Below, piece by piece: positions 55,701 through 64,000 of a stretch of DNA of 64,000 bases. The stretch's first letter is position 1. Each line of letters opens with the position of its first letter. Both the position numbers and the translations under genes were made by a program. The stretch spans positions 1 to 64,000 of the forward strand of contig JAUCBJ010006616.1 of assembly GCA_032718475.1 (NCBI GenBank), written 5' to 3'. The DNA is from Nemertoderma westbladi. Taxonomy: Eukaryota > Animalia > Xenacoelomorpha. The notes under the pieces were generated by a model. The model was not told the origin of the DNA, ran no database searches, and was given only the letters and a program-made list of their open reading frames with translations.

Positions 55701-58700
55701 TGGAAGAAGCACCATATTTGAGCCCAGAATCTGAGACTATTTCTACAGAACTAGCTGAGGGAATTGAAACTCCAGTTGTAAAAGATGGTGACGCTTTACA
55801 ATCAAAGCTATCTGAAGAAAAGACTGAACCAATTTTAGATTTGGAAAATCTCTTAGAACAAGCACCTATCACTGAACCTATTTCATTTTCTGAAAAGGTT
55901 ATTTCCTCTGGTGTACCTACTACTGGAACAGTTGGTGTAGAATCTGTTGTTGACATCGACGATGTTGAAATAAGTGAAGCTGATGCCACAATATTGGACA
56001 AGTCTTTACAGAGTTATGAAGAATCAACAACTTCACCTTTGGATTCTAAGATTGAATTTGAAACAAAACTTGTTTCGCAAGATGTTTCAACAGTCCATGT
56101 TGAGATTAAGGACGATATTGACACATTTGCTGAACAGTCCGAGTCTATAGAGTACAATATTGATGTGAAGGATGATCAAATGTCTATAGAGCAGGAGTCA
56201 TTAATTATCCAAATACCTGCAGATACTCAAATAGACATGAAGGATGAGTCAGAGTCTGATCTTCCATTGAAAGGAGCACCGTATTTGAACCCAGAATCTG
56301 AGACTATTTCTACAGAACTAGCTGTGGGAATTGAAACTCCAGTTGTAAACGATGGTGACGCTTTACAATCAAAGCTATCTGAAGAAAAGACTGGACCAAT
56401 TTTAGATTTGGAAAATCTCTTAGAACAAGCACCTATCACTGAACCTATTTCATTTTCTGAAAAGGTTATTTCCTCTGGTGTATCTACTACTGGAACAGTT
56501 GGTGTAGAATCTGTTGTTGACATCGACGATGTTGAAATAAGTGAAGCTGATGCCACAATATTGGACAAGTTTTTACAGAGTTATGAAGAATCAACAACTT
56601 ATCCTTTGGATTCTAAGATTGAATTTGAAACAAAACTTGTTTCGCAAGATGTTTCAACAGTCCATGTTGAGATTAAGGACGATATTGACACATTTGCTGA
56701 ACAGTCCAAGTCTATAGAGTACACTATTGATGTGAAGGATGATCAAATATCTATAGAGCAGGAGTCATTAATTATCCAAATACCTGCAGATATTCAAATA
56801 GACACGAAGGATGAGTCAATGTCTGTTCTTCCATTGGAAGAGGCACCATATTTGAGCCCAGAATCTGAGACTATTTCTACAGAGCTAGCTGAGGGAATTG
56901 AAACTCCAGTTGTAAAAGATGGTGACGCTTTACAATCACAACTATCTGATGAAAAGCCTGAATCAATTTTAGATGTGGAAAATCTCTTAGAACAAGCACC
57001 TATCACTGAACCTATTTCATTTTCTGAAAAAGTTGTTTCCACTGAAGTTCCAACTGTTGGAACACTTGATGATGAATCTGTTGTTGACATTGACGATGTT
57101 GAAATATGTGAAGGTGATGCCACAATATTGGACATGTCTTTACAGAGTTATCATGAATCAACAACTTCTCCTTTGGATTCTGAGATTGAATTTGAAACAA
57201 AACTTGTTTCGCAAGATGTTTCAACAGTCCGTGTTGAGATTAAGGACGATATTGACAAATTTGCAGAACAGTCCGAGTCTATAGAGTACACTATTGATGT
57301 GAAGGATGATCAAATGTCTATAGAGCAGGAGTCATTAATTATCCAAATGCCTGCAGAAACTCAAATAGACATGAAGGATGAGTCAGTGTCTGCTCTTCCA
57401 TTGGAAGAAGCACCATATTTGAGCCCAGAATCTGAGGCTATTTCTACAGAACTAGCTGAGGGAATTGAAACTCCTGTTGTAAAAGATGGTGACGCTTTGC
57501 AATCAAAACTATCTGAAGAAAGGACTGAACCAATTTTAGATTTGGAAGATCTCTTAGAACAAGCACCTATCACTGAACCTATTTCATTTTCTGAAAAGGT
57601 TATTTCCACAGAAGTTCCAACTGTTGGAACACTTGATGATGAATCTGTTGTTGACATTGACGATGTTAAATTCAGTGAAGCTGATGCCACAATATTGGAC
57701 AAGCCTTTACAGAGTTATGAAGAATCAACAACTTCTCCTTTGGATTCTAAGATTGAATTTGAAACAAAATTTGTTTCACATGAAGTTTCAAGTGTATCTG
57801 TTGAAATTAAAGAAGATATTAATGCATTTGTTGAACAGTCCGAGTCTTTGGGGTATGCCATTGATTTGGATGACAATCAAATGTCTATAGAGCATGACTC
57901 TTCAAGTATCCAAGTACCTTCAGAGATTCAAATTGATATGAAAGACGAATCAGTATCAGAACTTGCAATGGAAACAGGTACTTCTCTTTATCTTGATATT
58001 GAGACTATTTCCATAGGTTTTAACACTGCAGATAGAGTAATGGCTCCTGTTGTAATAGGCGATGCTCTGCAATTATGTGTATCAGAAGACGAGAAAGCTG
58101 TACAAATGGCTACTCGACCTCTACCTGGAATACATAAACTGTCCAGACAAAAATCTCTTTTATGTGCGAAACCTGAAACTGAAGATTTGATTTTAGAATG
58201 TGTTCCAGAACAATCTGATCAACCAACTGAAGTGGTATCTGAAACTGCTGGAACTAATATATTGAAAAAGAATATACCATTGTCATCTGTTTTGAGTCCT
58301 GATGGAATTTTAGGTGGAATGGAATCTTATGCTGCTGGTGCATCCCTCTCTCATGGACTTGTTTCGGCTCCTTTACAAGATCTAGTGATGGAATCGGAGG
58401 GAATCACTATGTTATCTAGTGTTCCAGTTACTGGGTCGAGGTTAGATGTATCTATTGTTCACCCAGAAATAGCTGGTGTTGTTGTATCACATCTAACACC
58501 GATGTTTATAATTCCTTTACAAGAGTGTACATCGTTTTTAGTTGGTGAAGTGGCCATGTTAGCAATACAAGTAAGAGCATCCCCTCCTGTTAGTATTCAG
58601 TGGTTTAAAGATGATACAATGGTTGAAGGATCTAAGTTTAATGTTTTAACGGTACCTTTAGAGGAAGATTTTGTATTTACTAGTCATTTGTATATAGAAA

Positions 58701-61700
58701 ATGTTTCTTATGATGATGCTGGTTCCTATTCTTGTCGGGCTTCCAATACATATGGGGAGGAGGAAACCATTACTTCGCTTATTATCTCTCATACAAAGGC
58801 TCATATTGAGCACATTGATTCTATTGGTGAACCTTCCGCAGACTCTTCCAATATTGTAAATATTAAACCGGACGCAATTCCGGATGTTTCAGTAACTAAA
58901 TCTCCTTTAGAAGAAGTAATGTCTAACCCCCCTAAAACTAAATCTATATCCTCAGAATTAGAAATAGTTGATGGAGTTGACAATGTAGTTGTAAAAGAAG
59001 ATTCTGAACTTTCAACATTATCTGAAGAGGGAACTGAACTTATTTCTGCCACTGAAGGGGCAATTTCCACTGGAGTTCCTACTGTTGAAACACATGGTAT
59101 TGAATCTGTTGTTGACATTGACGAAGTTGATGTGTGTGAAGATGATAAAACAGTAACTGACAAGACTTTACAAATGCATGAAGAATCAACGGCGACCCCT
59201 ATGTATTCAGAGATAGAAGTTGATTCAAAAATAGTTTCAGAAGATGTATCAACTTTCTCTGTTGACATTAAGGAAGATATTGATATATTTGCAGAACAGT
59301 CAGAATCTGTAGAGTACACAATTGATGTAAAAGACGACCAAATCTCAATCGAGCAGGAGTCATCAATCATCAGATTACCCGCAGAAAGTCAAATTGAGAT
59401 TAAAGATGAATCAATGACTGAACTGCCTTTAGAAGATGACACATCTCTGTACCCTGAAGTAAAGACCATTTCTGCAGAATTAAACATTGCTGACAGATTT
59501 GATACTCCAGTTGTAAAGGGTGATGCGTTAGAGTCCACTTTATCTGAAGAAGAAACTGAACCAATTTCGGATTTGGAAAGTTACATAGAAAAAGCACCTG
59601 TAACTGAACCTATTTCTGCCACAGAAGGTGTAATTTCTACCGGTGTTCCTACTGTTGAAACACATGATGTTGAATCTGTTGTTGACATTGACGAAGTTGA
59701 TGTGTGTGAAGCTGATAAAACAGTAACTGACAAGACTTTACAAAGATATGAAGAATCAACGACGACTCCTATGTATTCAGAGATAGATGTTGATACAAAA
59801 CATGTTTCACAAATTGTTTCTACTGTCTCTGTTGAAATTAAGGAAGATATTGATATATTTGCAGAACAGTCAGAATCTGTAAAGGATACTATTGAAGTGA
59901 AAGATGACCAAATGTCAATAGAACAGGAGTCTACCGTCATCAGAATACCTGCAGAAGCAAAAACTGTCGTGGAGGATGATTCGGTTTTCGAACTTCCTCT
60001 AGAAACAGAAAATTATATATTTCCCGAAACAAACATTATTTCCATTGCATTAAACACGGCTGATGAACTTGGTCCTCCCATGGCAAAAGGGACTGGGCTG
60101 CAATTGAGTTTGTCTGATAGTGATACCGAGCCTATTCCGCAATTGGGCTGTGTTCTTGAGAGAGCTATTGCTGTTGGGCAGAAGTATTCTTCAGAAAGTT
60201 TTTTAACAAACCGTGTTGAGGTTGAAGGGTTAGCATTAAATTCTGCTAGTGTTTTTCAAGATGCTCTTGTTTCAGTTTTGAATGACAAAACTTTCATATA
60301 TTTAACCTCAAGTAGTGTGAGTGGAACCTATTTTGACCATCCCACCGCCATCTCTGTGCCAGTGGAAGGAATTCCCATTCTATGTAGTATCATTGATAGT
60401 GGAGTAGATCATATACTAGAAGATAATGCAATGGCAGCTATTGTGACAGACGTTTGGCCTCTGGATACATACAATGTTATTGAAGATGTCTTGATACATC
60501 AGGAGTTGTTATATATTTTACCTCAGGTTTTGGAAGAATGTATGTTTGAACTTACAAGTTTAGATGATCAAGAAATTTTGCAAGAAACCTCAATAACTCG
60601 TGTAGCTAATATTCTTGCTTTGCAAAAACAGTTGACTTGCATTGTTTATGGATTTCCTGAAGATAATTTTCCAGAATCATGTGACTCACCAATTGAAGTT
60701 TTATCTAGTCCCCTTATTGAAGCTGCCGATCTATTCGATTTTAAAACTTTGTCTTGTAATAAACTCACAACTTCTTCCATTATTGAAGGTGTTGCCGAAA
60801 ATATCCTGAATGATTGTGAAGACACGTTCTGTATAGATTATGAGATACTGCCATCTAATGTAGATGTATCAATAGCTGATGCACCACAATTAACTGTAGA
60901 ATCCTTTACACCTGTAGAACATGGCACAGGATTGGATACTCAAATTGACGATGAAGACACTATTTGCAAATTACCTGAAAACACTTATCAAGCCTCAGTA
61001 TTGAATGTTGTCGGTGGTACTTGTAATGACATTTGTTCCGTTACTCCTGTTGTGGAAGGTACAGCCATACGTGATATCATAGAAGATAATAGTGTTGAAA
61101 TGGATTCTGATATTGTAGTTCCTATGGCCGCAACAACTATTGTTAATGTAGATATGCCAGTTGATGATAGGTCTGTTCAAATAACAATTGTCAAAGGTGG
61201 TGCCATACAGTCAACTTTATCTGAAGAAGAAACTGAACCAATTTCCGATTTGGAAACTTATATCGAAAAAGCTCCTGTAACTGAACCTATTTCTACCACT
61301 GATGAAGTAATTTCCACCAGAGTTCCTACAATTGAATCACATGATGTTGAATCTGTTGTTGACTTTGACGAAGTTGATGTGTGTGAAGCTGATGAAACAG
61401 AAACTGACAAGACTTTACAAATGTATGAAGAATTATCGTCGACCCCTATGTTTTCAGAGATAGAAGTTGATTCAAAAATAGTTTCAGAAGATGTATCAAG
61501 TTTCTCTGTTGACATTAAGGAAGATATTTATATATTTGCAGATCAGTCAGAATCTGTAGAGTACACAATTGATGTGAAAGACGACCAAATGTCCATGGAG
61601 CAGGAGTCATCAATCATTAGATTACCCGCAGAAAGTCAAATTGAGATTAAAGATGAATCAATGTCTGAACTTCCTTTAGATGAGGACACATATCTGTACC

Positions 61701-64000
61701 CTGATGTGAAGACCATTTCTGCAGAATTAAACATTGCTGACAGATTTGATATGCCAGTTGTGAAAGGTGATGCGTTAGAGTCCACTTTATCTGAAGAAGA
61801 AACTGAACCAATTTTGGATTTGGAAAGTTACATAGAAAAAGCACCTGTAACTGTACCTATTTCTGCCACTGAAGGGGCAATTTCCACCGCAGTTCCTACA
61901 ATTGAAACACATGATGTTGAATCTGTTGTTGACATTGACGAAGTTGATGTGTGTGAAGCTGATGAAAGAAGAACTGACAAGACGTTACAAATGTATGAAG
62001 AATCAACGGCGACCCCTATGTATTCAGAGATAGAAGTTGATTCAAAAATAGTTTCAGAAGATGTATCAAGTTTCTCTGTTGACATTAAGGAAGATATTGA
62101 TATATTTGCAGAACAGTCAGAATCTGTAGAGTACACAATTGATGTAAAAGACGACCAAATCTCAATCGAGCAGGAGTCATCAATCATCAGATTACCCGCA
62201 GAAAGTCAAATTGAGATTAAAGATGAATCAATGTCTGAACTTCCTTTAGAAGATGACACATCTCTGTACCCTGATGTGAAGACCATTTCTGCAGAATTAA
62301 ACATTGCTGACAAATTTGATATGCCAGTTGTGAAAGGTGATGCGTTAGAGTCCACTTTATCTGAAGAAGAAACTGAACCAATTTCGGATTTGGAAAGTTA
62401 CATAGAAAAAGCACCTGTAACTGTACCTATTTCTGCCACTGAAGGGGCAATTTCCACTGGAGTTCCTACAATTGAAACACATGATGTTGAATCTGTTGTT
62501 GACATTGACGAAGTTGATGTGTGTGAAGCTGATGAAAGAAGAACTGACAAGACGTTACAAATGTATGAAGAATCAACGGCGACCCCTATGTATTCAGAGA
62601 TAGAAGTTGATTCAAAAATAGTTTCAGAAGATGTATCAAGTTTCTCTGTTGACATTAAGGAAGATATTGATATATTTGCAGAACAGTCAGAATCTGTAGA
62701 GTACACAATTGATGTGAAAGACGACCAAATCTCAATCGAGCAGGAGTCATCAATCATCAGATTACCCGCAGAAAGTCAAATTGAGATTAAAGATGAATCA
62801 ATGTCTGAACTTCCTTTAGATGAGGACACATCTCTGTACCCTGATGTGAAGACCATTTCTGCAGAATTAAACATTGCTGACAGATTTGATATGCCAGTTG
62901 TGAAAGGTGATGCGTTAGAGTCCACTTTATCTGAAGAAGAAACTGAACCAATTTTGGATTTGGAAAGTTACATAGAAAAAACACCTGTAACTGTACCTAT
63001 TTCTGCCACTGAAGGGGCAATTTCCACTGGAGTTCCTACAATTGAAACACATGATGTTGAATCTGTTGTTGACATTGACGAAGTTGATGTGTGTGAAGCT
63101 GATGAAACCGAAACTGACAAGACTTTACAAATGTATGAAGAATCAACGGCGACCCCTATGTATTCAGAGATAGAAGTTGATTCAAAAATAGTTTCAGAAG
63201 ATGTATCAACTTTCTCTGTTGACATTAAGGAAGATATTGATATATTTGCAGAACAGTCAGAGTCTGTAGAGTACACAGTTGATGTAAAAGATGACCAAAT
63301 GTCCATGGAGCAGGAGTCATCAATCATTAGATTACCCACTCAGTCTCAAATTGATATGAAGGATGAATTAGTGTCTGATGTTCCTTTAGAACAAGAAACT
63401 TCTCTGTACCCTGAAACGAAAACTATTTCTTCAGAATTAGACACTGCTGACAGATTTGATATGCCAGTTGTGAAAGGTGATGCGTTAGAGTCCACTTTAT
63501 CTGAAGAAGAAACTGAACCAATTTTGGATTTGGAAAGATACATAGAAAAAGCACCTGTAACTGTACCTATTTCTGCCAGTGAAGGGGCAATTTCCACCGC
63601 AGTTCCTACAATTGAAACACATGATGTTGAATCTGTTGTTGACATTGACGAAGTTGATGTGTGTGAAGCTGATGAAACAGTAACTGAGATGGCTTTACAA
63701 ATGTATGAAGAATCAACGGCGACCCCTATGTATTCGGAGATAGAAGTTGATTCAAAAATAGTTTCAAAAGATGTATCAACTTTCTCTGTGGACATTAAGG
63801 AAGATATTGATATATTTGCAGAACAGTCAGAATCTGTAGAGTACACAATTGATGTAAAAGACGGCCAAATCTCAATCGAGCAGGAGTCATCAATCATCAG
63901 ATTACCTGCAGAAAGTCAAATTGAGATCAAAGAAGAATCAATGTCTGAACTTCCTTTAGAAGATGACACATCTCTGTACCCTGAATTGAAGACCATTTCT
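25785..64000 (+). CDS. Giant exon (>38 kb, runs off the window end): acidic tandem repeats plus one Ig domain
   Basis: tatattatAG|att gaa acg is in frame with ORF 25839..36773. After +1 at ~36768 it continues as ORF 36781..47388. After +1 at ~47369 a further frame is in register at 58499 and at 63962-64000. That last frame is absent from the ORF track, consistent with no stop before the window end. Confidence 0.85.
27410..36970 (+). repeat. Coding tandem repeat family C, 570 bp (190 aa), ~17 copies
   Basis: VVKGDALETTL motif every 570 bp from ~27413 to ~36536; one copy carries a +3 bp insertion at ~32955. Confidence 0.96.
36961..38210 (+). repeat. ~1.25 kb coding spacer duplicated at ~59939-61190
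   Basis: cctgcagaagcaaaaactgtc...gatgaacttggtcctcccatg...gatgataggtctgt is nearly identical at both sites; offset ~22,978 bp. Confidence 0.95.
38210..39130 (+). repeat. Family C copies (~1.6) leading into family D
   Basis: KGDA motifs at ~38215 and ~38785, 570 bp apart, with the same unit sequence as family C. Confidence 0.85.
39130..57900 (+). repeat. Coding tandem repeat family D, 567 bp (189 aa), ~33 copies, derived from family C
   Basis: Unit FAEQSESIEYTIDVKDDQMSIEQESLIIQIPA...VVKDGDALQSKLSEEKTEPILDLENLLEQA... with 567 bp spacing (561 in two copies). Confidence 0.96.
58499..58789 (+). other. Isolated I-set Ig domain inside the giant repeat exon
   Basis: Manual translation: PMFIIPLQECTSFLVGEVAMLAIQVRASPPVSIQWFKDDTMVEGSKFNVLTVPLEEDFVFTSHLYIENVSYDDAGSYSCRASNTYGEEETITSLIIS. 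Confidence 0.92.
59035..64000 (+). repeat. Return to family C units (570 bp; ~1.6 copies, a spacer, then ~5 copies to the window end)
   Basis: KGDALESTLSEEETEPI motif at ~59517, 61763, 62333, 62903, 63473, interrupted by the spacer at ~59940-61190. Confidence 0.9.

Noticed and set aside
26912-63897. Dozens of repeated minus-strand Ser-rich ORFs and short alternative-frame plus-strand ORFs
   Set aside because: Antisense or alternate-frame shadows of the acidic coding repeat, recurring with its period.
3343-64000. Assigning gene symbol TTN or sls
   Set aside because: No Fn3, kinase or other diagnostic region lies in the window; orthology cannot be set without a search.

Overview
AT-rich metazoan (probably invertebrate) genomic DNA. 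Almost the whole window is the interior of one giant + strand gene encoding a titin/connectin/Sallimus-like protein; neither its start nor its stop lies in the window. Five phase-compatible GT-AG exons were read from the sequence: 3343-21674, 24621-24743, 24943-25069, 25188-25345 and 25785->64000. Together they encode about 19,000 aa. The protein has about 10 tandem I-set Ig domains at the start, one Ig split over three exons, and one isolated Ig near 58.5 kb. The rest is a very large acidic (E/D/S/T/V/I-rich, K/R-poor) region. That region contains four recent tandem arrays (552, 567-573, 570 and 567 bp units), and its apparently unique parts show a hidden ~46-aa period. Eight +1 frameshifts fall only inside the repeat arrays and mostly look like consensus errors. 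The introns hold a 36-bp minisatellite, a MITE-like inverted repeat and a decayed RTE-like LINE. No prokaryotic features, RNA genes or CRISPR arrays are supported.
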